Shown here: piece after piece, positions 40,455 to 51,494 of the stretch
Layout of the letters: each line of letters opens with the position of its first letter
How positions within the stretch are numbered: position 1 is the first letter of the stretch
Assembly: GCA_023205875.1 (NCBI GenBank)
Contig: CP060754.1
Span: 124,001-188,000, forward strand
From: Chloropicon primus
Lineage: Eukaryota
Length of the DNA: 64,000 nt
Reading direction: 5' to 3'
Position numbers and translations under genes: made by a program
Notes under the pieces: model-generated
Databases searched by the model: none
Seen by the model: only the letters and a program-made list of their open reading frames with translations
What the model was told of the DNA's origin: nothing

Positions 40455-41261
40455 TCAGGATTTTTTTCGGAGTTTTTCCTTGAACATCTTCTCCGCCTCG
40501 TTCCAGACTTCCGCAAAGGATTGCCCCCCCCCTTGGACCCTGTCCTCGATGGAGTTGATGTCCACCTCCGGCTCGTCCTCGCCCTTGAAGAGCCTCTTCC
40601 ACCACACCACCACGTTGTCGGCCACGGAGACCTTCCTCAACTCGACCAGAACGACCCTCTCCTTCTCCGTCGAGCCCGCCAAGTCCTTGAGCTGAAAGAC
40701 AGAACACGAGTCAGGCGCCGGATCGCGGGGAGCTTTGAGACCCCGATCGTCACTTACCTCCCAGTTGGCGAGCAGGTCGTCGTCCTCGGCGCGGCACGGG
40801 CACTGCAAGTCTCCGCCCACGCGGGTCCCTGAGGGTCTGTGCACGACCGAGAGGCACGTCGCGCGCTTGGTGCCGCCCAGGTAATCGAAGCCCGACAGCT
40901 CAACGCCCACTTCTGACGCCCTGCTGCCCCTCGGAACGATCACGCCCAAGGTGCACGTGGTTCGGTCCTGGGACCACAAGTAGCTTCCGCACCTGGCACC
41001 GTTCCTACTGAGCGCCCTGAGTTGGTCCTCGCCCTTCGCGCTGGCTGAGATCTCGCAGGCACTCTCAGATGGTTCGGAGGTCGACGGCTTCTCCTCCCCC
41101 TGGCCCGCGCGCTTCGACCTCACGGTGAGGTTCCCCACTCGGAGCTCCTCGTTCGCAGCCGGGTCCAGCCTGTGCACCACGGGACGTGCCCCTCTCCCTT
41201 CCTCCTCCTCCTCACCCGAGGAGGACACCTCCAACTTATCCCACTTGGAGTAGTCCACCAT
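40455..41261 (-). CDS. CS/p23-like (NudC-like) domain protein
   Basis: YLWSQDRTTCTL...VELRK...WWKRLF; N-terminus MVDYSKWDKLEVSS. Confidence 0.6.
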   Translation of the reverse strand: MVDYSKWDKLEVSSSGEEEEEGRGARPVVHRLDPAANEELRVGNLTVRSKRAGQGEEKPSTSEPSESACEISASAKGEDQLRALSRNGARCGSYLWSQDRTTCTLGVIVPRGSRASEVGVELSGFDYLGGTKRATCLSVVHRPSGTRVGGDLQCPCRAEDDDLLANWEVSDDRGLKAPRDPAPDSCSVFQLKDLAGSTEKERVVLVELRKVSVADNVVVWWKRLFKGEDEPEVDINSIEDRVQGGGQSFAEVWNEAEKMFKEKLRKKS

Positions 41262-41717
41262 CTCCCCTCCCCTGTGGTACCAGGCTCTGTCTGTCTCAGG
41301 CCGTCGCGTCTCTCCCCATCCACTTCACCCCCCCCTCTCCCCGTGCCCAACCTGCAACCCACGCAGCTCAGTCGCAATCCCAAAGCCTCGGAGCGAGGTT
41401 GAGGTTGAGGTTGAGGTTCAGGAAGAGTCCTCCCTCAATCCACCCCAATCCCCGCCGTGCAATGACCTCCCCCCTGGTCCACGCACACCGCCTTGCCTTG
41501 GCTTCCTCCTCCCCGCCCCGGTCCGGCTGGGGGTGAATTTTGCGCCGTCTGCTTGGCTCGGTTTTGAAACAAACCAAACGAGCGAGGGAGGGGCGACGTG
41601 TTCGGAAGAAGGGAGAGAGAGAGAGAGAGGCGGGGGGCTCCTCGAGCGGGTTTGAAGACGACGCGTAGGAAGTGACGGTTCTCGTTTCGCACGCGACGGG
41701 TTCTTCGGCGGAGGGGG

Positions 41718-41760
<43 letters not shown>

Positions 41761-41772
41761 AGAACAAAAAAT

Positions 41773-42693
41773 ATGGGGCTGGACTTGGACAAGTGTATAG
41801 CAAAGGTCCGGGACGGTTGCCAGTACCTGACGGAAGATGAGCTCAGAGACTTGTGCGAGATCGTCAAGGAGATCCTTCTCGAGGAGAGCAACGTGCAGGT
41901 GGTTTACAGCCCGGTAACGGTGTGCGGCGACATCCACGGGCAGTTCCACGACTTGTTGAAGCTCTTTGATACTGGCGGGAAGGTTCCCGAGACGAGCTAC
42001 ATATTTATGGGGGACTTCGTGGACAGAGGGTACAATAGTCTTGAGACATTTACGTTTCTCTTGCTTCTCAAGGCGCGCTGGCCCACGAAGATGACGCTGC
42101 TGCGCGGGAACCACGAGAGCAGGCAAATCACCCAGGTTTACGGCTTTTACGACGAGTGCCAGCGGAAGTACGGAAACGCGAACGCTTGGAGGTTCTGCAC
42201 GGAGGTCTTCGACTTCCTCACCCTTGCCGCGATCATCGACAACCAGGCTTTGTGCGTCCACGGGGGGTTGTCGCCGGACTTGCGCACGATAGACAGGATT
42301 AGAACCCTAGACCGTTGCTGTGAGATTCCTCACGAGGGCCCCTTCTGCGATCTGATGTGGAGCGACCCCGAGGACATCGAGGCTTGGTCCATATCGCCGA
42401 GGGGAGCAGGCTGGCTCTTCGGGAGCAAGGTGACGAGCGAGTTCAACAGAATCAACGGCCTTGACCTCATCTGCCGTGCTCACCAGCTTGTCCAAGAGGG
42501 CCTCAAGTATATGTTCGAGGAGGAGAACCTGGTTACCGTGTGGAGTGCCCCAAACTATTGCTACAGGTGCGGAAACATTGCGGCCATACTCACGTTCGAC
42601 GAGAACATGGACGCCAAGCCCAAGTTCTTCACCGAAACGGAGCAGAACAGCACCATGGTAGCCCCGAGGGCGACCGTGCCGTACTTCCTGTAA
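41773..42693 (+). CDS. PPP6C: Ser/Thr protein phosphatase 6 catalytic subunit (FyPP-like)
   Basis: [29 protein letters not shown]-terminal [12 protein letters not shown] is PP6-type. Confidence 0.92.
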   Translation: MGLDLDKCIAKVRDGCQYLTEDELRDLCEIVKEILLEESNVQVVYSPVTVCGDIHGQFHDLLKLFDTGGKVPETSYIFMGDFVDRGYNSLETFTFLLLLKARWPTKMTLLRGNHESRQITQVYGFYDECQRKYGNANAWRFCTEVFDFLTLAAIIDNQALCVHGGLSPDLRTIDRIRTLDRCCEIPHEGPFCDLMWSDPEDIEAWSISPRGAGWLFGSKVTSEFNRINGLDLICRAHQLVQEGLKYMFEEENLVTVWSAPNYCYRCGNIAAILTFDENMDAKPKFFTETEQNSTMVAPRATVPYFL

Positions 42694-42909
42694 GAGGACT
42701 TCTATTCCAATTCCGATGCATTGACTTGTGTAATATAAAATTTAAGGTTTCTCGCCCTCCGTTGTCGCCTTTCGCCACCTTCACTTCTTGCTCTCCTTCT
42801 CCTCCACACAACTCAACCATCTGGCCACTCGCTCACTCGAGAGAGAGGAGGGGCGCCACAGCTGCTCGAGGTGTGTGGGAGAACAGAAGGAGGCGAGGAG
42901 TGAAAGACC

Positions 42910-43602
42910 ATGTCAGGTGCGGCCCAGGACGACTTGGACGACCTCCTGGACGACGCTTTGGAGGACTTCCAGACGCTCAAGGTGGAGTCGAAGGCGAAAG
43001 AGGCCCCGAGCACGGCAACGGGGAAACCCAAGTTCGACCCGCTCGGGAAAGCGAGGAGGAAGCCTGGAGGCAAGAAGAAGGCGAAGAAGGGCGCCCAGGC
43101 GGCCCCTCAGCTCCCGCCCCGGGCGGAAGGCGATGGGACGGACAGCCTCATGGACAAGCTCGCGGAGCAGTTCGCGGGGGGTATCGAGGACGACGGCGAG
43201 CTGCAGAGCATGGTCGACAGTGTGATGCGGCAGCTACTGTCGAAGGAGGTCCTGTACGAGCCTCTGCAGGAGATTTCCGGCAAGTACCCCCAGTGGCTGG
43301 AGGAAAACGAGTCGAAAGTGAGCGAGGAGGACTTCGAGCGCTACTCCAGGCAGCTCGAGTCCATCAAAAAGCTGTGCTCAGTCTACGAGAGTACGGACGA
43401 CGAGGGCTTCGATGACGTCCTTCACCTCATGCAAGAAATCCAGTCCTGCGGCCAGCCCCCAGAGGAGATCATCAAGGAGCTCGCCCCTGATCTCCAGGTC
43501 GGCGAGGACGGCCTTCCGGTCCCCGCAACGGGTGTGCAGGACGCTCTGCACATGTTTGGGGAGCTGGGAAAAGACAAGACTGGGGGCTGCCCGATCCAGT
43601 GA
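42910..43602 (+). CDS. PEX19: Peroxin-19
   Basis: DLDDLLDDALEDF, LLSKEVLYEP, KYPQWL, GQPPEEI, CaaX-like end CPIQ. Confidence 0.93.
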   Translation: MSGAAQDDLDDLLDDALEDFQTLKVESKAKEAPSTATGKPKFDPLGKARRKPGGKKKAKKGAQAAPQLPPRAEGDGTDSLMDKLAEQFAGGIEDDGELQSMVDSVMRQLLSKEVLYEPLQEISGKYPQWLEENESKVSEEDFERYSRQLESIKKLCSVYESTDDEGFDDVLHLMQEIQSCGQPPEEIIKELAPDLQVGEDGLPVPATGVQDALHMFGELGKDKTGGCPIQ

Positions 43603-43756
43603 GGGAGTTGACTTTCTTTCGCTGTGCCTCCTCAAGCGTTGTATTACTATCGATTCAAAAACCCTGTTATTTTATTACATATGAATGCTTTTGCTCTTAG
43701 TTTGTGGTACAAGTGCCTCCCAGCGCCGCGTAGTCGTCCTCACAAGCGTCGTCGCA

Positions 43757-44902
43757 TCATTTCTCGCCCTCCAACTTGGCAGAAACGAGCTGAAACATGC
43801 CTTTTCCCTTCTTGTCGTCGTACAGTATCTTGCAGACGCTCCTAGAGAAGCTCCGGTCTATCGCGGTCTGCCCGAGGCTGGAATCGGATTCCGGGTTACT
43901 CGCCGGATGCAGAACGACCTCGCTCTCCAACCGCCTCAATTTTTTCAGGTAGGCCTTGCTCTCGAAGGTGTAGATCGATTGCAGCGCCTCCATTTGCGCC
44001 TCCAGGGCCCCAAGCTCCTCGTTCATGCCTTTCAGCTTGTTGATTCGATCTGTCGTCCCGGCCAGCTCGCCCGACAACAGGGTGGAGTGCTCGCACACGC
44101 TGCCGAGGATGTCCCACAGGTTTGCGGTGTATTCGAGGAGGTGCTTCCTCCTTTTGCTTGCCTCGCTCGGGTTCTTCTGCGCGGACCTGTCGAGGGCCTT
44201 CACGTTCGGACTCATGGACAGGCTCTTCGGGGACACGAACTGCTCGTTGTTCCTCGCCGGGGGGGTCTTGGGCTCGCCGTCCTCGCCCCCCCCTTCCAAG
44301 TTGTTCACCTCGAGCATCTTCAGCTGGAAGGGCTTGCCCTCTGGGTCTATGGGGTCCCCGGGACTCAAAGCCGAGCCGTTGAGGGCCGACCGGTAGGACG
44401 TGTGCCTCCTTTCCAGCAGGCTGTTCGCGATGTCGGATTCATCTTCCACGGCCTCCGCGTAACTCGAGGACCTGCAAGAAGACAGCAGCGGAGCGCAAGG
44501 CGTGAGCGGAAGCCTTGAGCCTTGACTCGAGATCGATCGATTCTATTTCCAAAGATCGCGGCACTTACCTCGACGGACCGCCTTTGTACCCCAAGTGGAT
44601 GTCCGAGTAAGACTTGTTCGTGGTTGGACTCCCGTGGGGCGTCAAGTACACACCGTCCGAAGTGGAGCTTGCAGCGAGCGTAAACAAGCAAAGCAAACCT
44701 TGGTCGTCAGCACAGGGTCCAAGATCTCTCGTGTGTCCAAGGCCTGGTCCTACCTTTCGTCCTCCTGTTCCGATGCGTACCGGTCTGCCACCCCCGGACT
44801 CGCCTGTTCCCGCCCCGTCATCTCCTCTCTGCCGTCGTGGGGTGAAGGTGAAGGTGAAGGTGAAGGTGAACCAAGGTTGTCCTTCTCGCGTTGTCCCTCC
44901 AT
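43757..44902 (-). CDS. Hypothetical coiled-coil protein, probably 3 exons
   Basis: 230-aa terminal exon with heptad pattern; splice sites near 44471, 44568 and 44753; ATG at 44902. Confidence 0.5.
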
Positions 44903-45082
44903 CCCCTTTTGAAACCGAGCAAACTTTGACAGGAAATTCCCAATCATAACGTGCGCGATGGGTAGGGGCGGATCATAAGCTGAACCTTTTCGGCGCAGCG
45001 TGGCCCGCGGGTCGCCTTGGGCTTTGGTTTCGTTGTTGGCGGAGGGAGGAGAGGGAGAAGGAGGTCGTGGGGTTGGAGGAGG

Positions 45083-46189
45083 ATGGTCGAGAATTGTGGG
45101 GACATCGTAAAGTGGGAGGGCCCGGTCAAGATCGTGGGGGAGACCGACGAGAACCTTCGTGCGAGGAGGGAGGCTCAGGCGGTGAGGATATGCAAGGCTC
45201 TGTTGGTGGGGTGGCCGGAGGACTCCAAAGCGGCGGTCGAGGTCATCACCGGGGGGGTCACGAACAGCCTGTACAAGGTGACGAACGCGGACTCGAGTGA
45301 CGTGGACTCGAGGACCGTCGCGCTCAGGGTGTTCGGGGACAACACGGATCTGCTCATCGACAGGGACAAGGAGCTGAATGTCATGACTCAGCTCAACGCG
45401 CGCGGGTTCGGGGCCAAGGTTTTCGCGACTTTCGCGAACGGAAGGATCGAGGAGTACCTCCTCTCCAAGCCCATGGACTACAACATGTGTGTCGAGAGGA
45501 AGTACATTTCGAAAATTGCCAGACTCACTGCCAAGTTTCACGCCGTGGAAATGGACTTGCCCCAGGGGAGGGAGCCGGACATGTGGCAGACCCTGTCCGA
45601 GTGGTACGACAAGGCCGTCGGCCTCGAGTTCGACGACGCGAGGAAGAGGGAAGTCTACGCCGACATCGACTTTGAGTTCCTGAAGGAAGAGATCGCGAGC
45701 GTACGGGAAGCTTGTCGCAAGCTGAGGCCTCAGGTCGTGTGGTCGCACGGAGACCTGCTGCCGGGGAACATCATGCTCGACAAAGAAACGGACGAGATGA
45801 CTTTCATTGACTTTGAGTACAGCACTTATGGCTACCAGGGGTTCGACATTGGCAACCACTGGAACGAGTGCATGGGCCTGGAGTGCAACATCGAGCTCTA
45901 CCCTGCGCTCGAGAAGAGAAAGTACTTCGTGGAGGAGTACCTCAAAGCCTGGGACGAGGGGGCGGGAGGAAGGGAATGCGTGAATGCGGAGAGGGTCGGG
46001 AGACTCCTGCTCGAGTCGGAGTTCTTCGTTGTCGTGTCCCACATTTTCTGGAGCGTTTGGTCCATCATCCAAGCCAAGTACTCGAAGATTGATTTCGACT
46101 ACATAGAGTACTACGAGAAGCGGTGGAAGTATTACCTGGACACCAAGCCCGCGATTTTTGCCAAGCTCGAGAAAGTCGCCGCGTTGTGA
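45083..46189 (+). CDS. Choline/ethanolamine kinase
   Basis: GGVTN, IDRDKE, HGDLLPGNI, FIDFEY, FDIGNHWNE. Confidence 0.92.
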   Translation: MVENCGDIVKWEGPVKIVGETDENLRARREAQAVRICKALLVGWPEDSKAAVEVITGGVTNSLYKVTNADSSDVDSRTVALRVFGDNTDLLIDRDKELNVMTQLNARGFGAKVFATFANGRIEEYLLSKPMDYNMCVERKYISKIARLTAKFHAVEMDLPQGREPDMWQTLSEWYDKAVGLEFDDARKREVYADIDFEFLKEEIASVREACRKLRPQVVWSHGDLLPGNIMLDKETDEMTFIDFEYSTYGYQGFDIGNHWNECMGLECNIELYPALEKRKYFVEEYLKAWDEGAGGRECVNAERVGRLLLESEFFVVVSHIFWSVWSIIQAKYSKIDFDYIEYYEKRWKYYLDTKPAIFAKLEKVAAL

Positions 46190-46327
46190 GCAAGACGAAT
46201 GCCGCTTGGCGGGGTGTGGAAGCCAGGCGGCGAAGCAGGTTTATGCAAGAGTTGTTTGTAGTTGTGTAATTAGTTTTTGTTTATAACAGTGATTAGAGAA
46301 TAGTTTTGCAGAGTCTTGAGCCCGCCG

Positions 46328-47320
46328 TCAATGCAGAGCAACACCCCCAGAGACGATTTTCGAGAAGGTTTCGGTCCTCTTCGAGGATATCTCCAAGCAC
46401 AGCTTGTCGTCCTGAACTTCGCCAGCTGCTTCGGCCGTGGTGCCTGCTTCAGATGAAGCGATGGACAGGATTTTCCTCGCGTCCTCGAGAGGGTACGTGG
46501 CGACCTTTGGACCAAAGACCTTGCTGCCCATCAGCTCCAGAGCATGACGACGCATCAAGGCGTGCAACCCTGCCAAGTGCACCAAGCAGGCTTGAAGATA
46601 AGTCGCTCTCCTCCACAGCTGGAAAAACTTGGAGTAGTTCCCGCTTTCCACCGCGCGAAGGACGCAAAGGGCGAACTGGACCTCCTCCGTGTCCAGCAAG
46701 TCTCGCCTCACTTGCATGAGCTTGAAGGCATCCAGCCCAAGGAGGATGGAGTAACCCCAAAACTCGGCCTCCTCGTGCCTCCGCGAGCCCTCCAGCTTGT
46801 GGTCATAGATCGTCAAAAGGGTCTGCAGAGTCTTCCCTAGCTGCTCGGTGTTGAGCTTCTGATCGAACCCGTGCGGGTTTTTCACGGACGCTTTCCTTTC
46901 ACACAGCTCGTAGCTGCACACGATGTGGTAACGAACCATCTTCTCATACATCACTGTGGCCTCCCTCCGGTTCAGGAGCCTTTGTATCATGAGGTCGCTT
47001 CTCACGCTCCGCATTCTGTCCCACAGGAGCTTGTAGGCATCCTCGAAGTCCACGCCCTCGACGTCGAGGATCCCCAGCATGTGATCCACTGTCCCCGTCA
47101 GGGCTCCGATGGTTCTAAGTCTCGTGGGGTGCCTGTCACAGCTGTCGATATTCCTTTTGTGCTTTTTTATGGCGAGCCTTTCCCGCGTCCAGCCTGCGTA
47201 CGACGTCGAAGGTATTCTCAGCTCGAGCGCGTGGAAATCGTTCCACTTGGCTCTCTCACACACCTCCTCCTCGGGGCACATTCCCTGGCACGTCCCCCTC
47301 GGCGGAACCCCCTCCTCCAT
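46328..47320 (-). CDS. SAC3/GANP family protein
   Basis: GTCQGMCPEEE, LWDRMRSVRSDLMIQ, EAEFWGY, GNYSKFF. Confidence 0.85.
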   Translation of the reverse strand: MEEGVPPRGTCQGMCPEEEVCERAKWNDFHALELRIPSTSYAGWTRERLAIKKHKRNIDSCDRHPTRLRTIGALTGTVDHMLGILDVEGVDFEDAYKLLWDRMRSVRSDLMIQRLLNRREATVMYEKMVRYHIVCSYELCERKASVKNPHGFDQKLNTEQLGKTLQTLLTIYDHKLEGSRRHEEAEFWGYSILLGLDAFKLMQVRRDLLDTEEVQFALCVLRAVESGNYSKFFQLWRRATYLQACLVHLAGLHALMRRHALELMGSKVFGPKVATYPLEDARKILSIASSEAGTTAEAAGEVQDDKLCLEISSKRTETFSKIVSGGVALH

Positions 47321-47471
47321 CTCGCACCGACCGTCAAGCGACGCGACAGGACAAGTCAGACCGCCGGGCCTCGAGAGGGAGTAACAGTAACGCACGCCTG
47401 TCGAACGGGAGAGAGAGGGGGGGGACGGGACACGAGAGGTGTGGCGGCGGGCGGCGGGGAGCCGGGGCGCC

Positions 47472-49028
47472 ATGCTGAACTTTTTCGGGAGCGGAAGTGC
47501 GGCCTCGGGAGGAGAGGACTATGAGAACGAAACGACGATGCTGATCACACCGAACTTGAGCGAATACAAGGAAGAGGAGGGGGAGAGACTCTTCACGAGG
47601 AGGAACACGCCGAGTCTGGTCGCGTTCTTCGTGTTCGTGTTCTCCTCGGGAGCTTTTATGTCCATTATCACGCCCTTTCTTCCTCTGGAGCTTGAGAAGT
47701 GCGGCGCAGAGAACTGGCTGGTCGGGCTGGTCTTCTCTGCTTACCCGTGCGCGAACCTGGTGGCGGTGCCCATTTCGACCAGGCTGAGCGGGAGGAGGGG
47801 CCTGGGCAGGTCGAAGGCATTCGCGCTCGGGGCCTCCCTGGAAGCCCTGTTTGGAATTGCTTTTGGTTATGCCCACGTCTTCGCTCCGGTGAAGTGGCTA
47901 AAATGGCTGTACCTTTGCATCAGGTACGGAGGATCCCTTCCTGCTTCGCTCACCGTGGGGATGGCCCTTGCTGCTGTGAACTGACAATCAACTTCTTTCA
48001 CCCCTTTTGCGACCAGATTTGCGCAGGGCCTTGGATCAAGCATAGCCTACACCGCGCTGATGGGCTGGGTTTCGGACAAGTTTTTGACCAGGCTCGCCGT
48101 GGTGCTGGGTTTCCAGGAGGCTGTGGGAGGAGTGGGCCTGATGCTCGGCCCCGCCTTGGGTGGCCTTCTTTACGGACTTGGGGGGGTGGCACTTCCTCTT
48201 TTAGCTTTCTCTTGCCTTGTTCTGGCCTCTCTGCCGCCTTTGGTTTGGTCCATGGCCACGGAAAAGCTGGAAGCCGCTCCATCGGCTGACGACGACAACG
48301 ACGGCGCGAGCACGCTTTCAGAGATTCTGACCGTGTCGGAGCTCATAAACGCTTCGACCGTAAATAGCACCGCAGTCACCCTCATAGCTGCCATTGGTTT
48401 TGGCTTCATTGCACCCATTGCTGCCCCGCACTTTGAGGACGTCCTGAGCGCGCAAATTCGACCCGGAGAAGTCGGTCTGCTCCTTGCCATCCCTGCACTG
48501 CTCTACGCCGTCCTTTCTCCCGTCAGCGGGGTCTTGGCTGAAAGCAAGTATGGTTACAAGGCAACCATGTTCACCGGTATTCTGCTTCTTCTGGTTGGGT
48601 TTCTGCTTCTGGGTCCGCTGAAGATCTTCGGCTTGGAGAACTACAGCAAAGGGATGTGGATCGATCAGATACTCGCCTTGATTCTGTTCGGAATCGGTGC
48701 CGCTTTCGCGTTCGTGCCGGCCTTGCCCGACATGCAAAGATCTGTGCTGCACCTTGGACCCGAAGCCACCAACGCCATGGCAGGATTCTTCAACGGAATG
48801 TACTGTTTAGGTGAGGCGACTGGGCCCTTGCTCGCAGGGTTGAGGGACGTTTTGTCACTCCCTTTCGTGTGCTTCATCATCTCTTTGGTGCATCTGGTTT
48901 ACATATTGGTCGCGCTGTACTGGTACATGTCAGTAAAACTTTGTCAGAGTGCCCTGAGGAAGGCGAGGTCTCACTCCTCCTTGGTCGATGCAGACGACCC
49001 GCACACTGCCCCTCTGCTGTACCGGTGA
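47472..49028 (+). CDS. MFS transporter (SLC18B1-like), 2 exons (intron ~47924-48016)
   Basis: About 12 TM segments, GLMLGPALGGLLY, PFLP motif. Confidence 0.82.
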
Positions 49029-49058
49029 GAGATCGGATCAAACATAATTATATCATAA

Positions 49059-50060
49059 TCAAAACTTGGTGTCTTTACAGATAATGAGGGAGCTCCTCGA
49101 TTTTGCAGCCACGTGGTCCGAAATGGATCCCAAGAGGCTGTCCGTTCTCGTTCGCTTCTTCCCCATGACGATGAATTCACACTCGAGTTCGGATGAGCGG
49201 CGCACGATTTCCGCGGCCACGTTCTCTCTCTTGTCCGCGCTGTAGATGCTCTCGTAAGCCAGTTCCATTCCCTCGAGGAGCGCGATGTAGTGATCGAAGA
49301 AACCCTTGACCTCCTCCCGGGTGTTCTTGTAGAACAAGTGGATCTTGTCCTTCTTCCTGACGAGGTACTTGATCACGAAGAGCAAGGCTTTCGAGGAGGC
49401 AGCCAATCCATCGACCGCGACGAAATACCCCCGAGGGGCTGCTGAAGCGCTGCTGTCGAGGAAGGTAGGCTTGACTATGAAAACAGGTATCTGCGGGGGG
49501 AAAGGAGAGGCGAAAGAAGAAGCAGAGGAATCGCCATGTCAGCTTGGAAAAACGTTCTCACCTTCTCTCGGTCTTCTGCCACTCACCTGAGAGTTCGCCA
49601 TGGAAAAGGAGGACATCCTTCCGATACGGTCCTTCTTCTCCCCGTTCAGACCGAAGGTACCGACGACAAGAAGCTCGACTTTGTGATCGCGAGCCATGCC
49701 CTCGAGCAGGGAAAAGATGCCGGCGTGCTGCGCGCACCTGTCTACGTGAGACTGGTGCCACTTCATGTCTATCATAGATTCCTTGTCAATCCTCAGCGAG
49801 GCGGAGTGCTTGAAGTGAGACGACTGAAGCGAGAGGGCCTCCTGCTTCGAAGGGTTTTCCACGTGAAAGCAGTGCAACTTTTCCACCTTGGGAGGCTTCC
49901 CCAAAGCTCTTTCGTTCATGAGCTTGCACACGAGGTCAAGTGCCTTGAGGGACATCAAAGACCCGTCAATCGCTACACCAAAGTTGAACGTTTTGTTCAT
50001 CGCCTCCAAAGTCTCCTTCAAGGCCTCGTGCGAGCCGCTTTCCAAGGTTTTGCTACTCAT
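49059..50060 (-). CDS. Tandem universal stress protein (USP) domain protein, spliced
   Basis: VAIDGS, LLVVGTFG, VAVDG, FIVMG...LLGSISDHVA. Confidence 0.75.
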
Positions 50061-50378
50061 CTTGCCCTCTCCACCGCCTCGTTTCACGGTCGCGCTGCTC
50101 CCAACAACCAACTTTGGACAAAAGTTTGGTCCTTTCTTTTCTTTTCAGTTTTCTCAAGAAGAAAGGAAAGGCCCGCGGAAAAAAGTTCGGCCCTGCGAAA
50201 GAGTTTTCAGAGTACTATTCTCGTATTCAGGCATATCTCCTCTCCTCTCCTTCTCCGAGGGAATGGAGGCATCTTCCTCGTGGCCTTTTGGTGTGCCTGC
50301 GGCTGCTTGTTCTTCTCGTGGTAGGAGCGTCGTAGTACTCCGTTCGTTCGTGGTAATCCCCTCCTCCTCCTCCTCCTC

Positions 50379-50413
<35 letters not shown>

Positions 50414-50846
50414 GTAGTTTGGTTTTGTGACATGCGTGCTTGGGTTGCTTGGGTTGATGTTGATGATTGGGGAACCTCCTCATCTTCTCCTGTTCTCCTC
50501 GTATCGTATGGTATGGATTCGTTATTCTTTTCCTTGAGGGAAGGGAAGGGAAGGGAAGTTTTTCTTTCTCAGAGCGGTACGACCGGAGAGAGAGGTTTTA
50601 GGAAAGAGGAGGAAAGGCCAAAGGAGTCGTATAGCGGCTGGGCGTGGAACGACTTGGCTTGCTTGTGAGAAAGAGAACGAGCGCTTGTGGGAGACCACTC
50701 GTGAGAAAAGGAGGGAGCGAGCGAGCGAGAGAGAGGCTTGCTGACTCGGAACCTCGCTGTCTTGACGGAGTCTCGACGCGAGCTCGTGGACGAAGGAGCG
50801 AAACTCACAGCCACAGGGACGCAAGGAACTTGGAAAGAAAGAGAAC

Positions 50847-51380
50847 ATGGGGGAGTCGCTGGAGGTAGAAAAAAAGGAGGCTGTGGAGGTGGAGTCCAGC
50901 GGGGAAATGATGATAAGCGGAATCTCGCTGACGAACTGGGGGTTGGTCATTGGCAAGTTGATTGTCCTTTATATTTTCCTCACCGGGTGGTTTACCGCGC
51001 TGTTCTACTGCGGAATGGAAGTGAGAGGAACAGACTACCTTAGACTCCCAAGCAAGTACTTTGGAGACTTCGACAGGAACAAGGGTTTCGAGTCCATCTA
51101 CACCATTTCTCAGCACCGGGATCCTATCCTTGTCGAGAACAACCGCCCAACCGGCTGCGTGACCTCCGTAGGCTTCGGAGGAGACAATATTCAGTGCGAC
51201 AGCGATGACAACGGTCTCTGGAACGTCTTCCCATGGGTGTCCTCCAACAAGATTGCTTTGGGCATGAACGCCCAGTGCTTCACTTCGCGCGCTGTGGACT
51301 TCGTGGCCAACGAGGATATGACTACCCTTGTCTGCTCGAACTACGTTGCCGACGGCACCTGGACCGGGTTCCCAGGCTAA
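50847..51380 (+). CDS. Hypothetical single-pass membrane protein
   Basis: N-terminal TM segment followed by a Cys-containing domain; biased codon usage. Confidence 0.6.
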   Translation: MGESLEVEKKEAVEVESSGEMMISGISLTNWGLVIGKLIVLYIFLTGWFTALFYCGMEVRGTDYLRLPSKYFGDFDRNKGFESIYTISQHRDPILVENNRPTGCVTSVGFGGDNIQCDSDDNGLWNVFPWVSSNKIALGMNAQCFTSRAVDFVANEDMTTLVCSNYVADGTWTGFPG

Positions 51381-51494
51381 CTCTTAGTTTTTGAGGAGCA
51401 GCTTGCCAATCACAAAGCTGAAGTGGAGACAACGAAAGCGAGAGCTTGTAGCTAAACAATGTCTTGGCAAATTCTTAAAAAAGTTTCTGATTTT

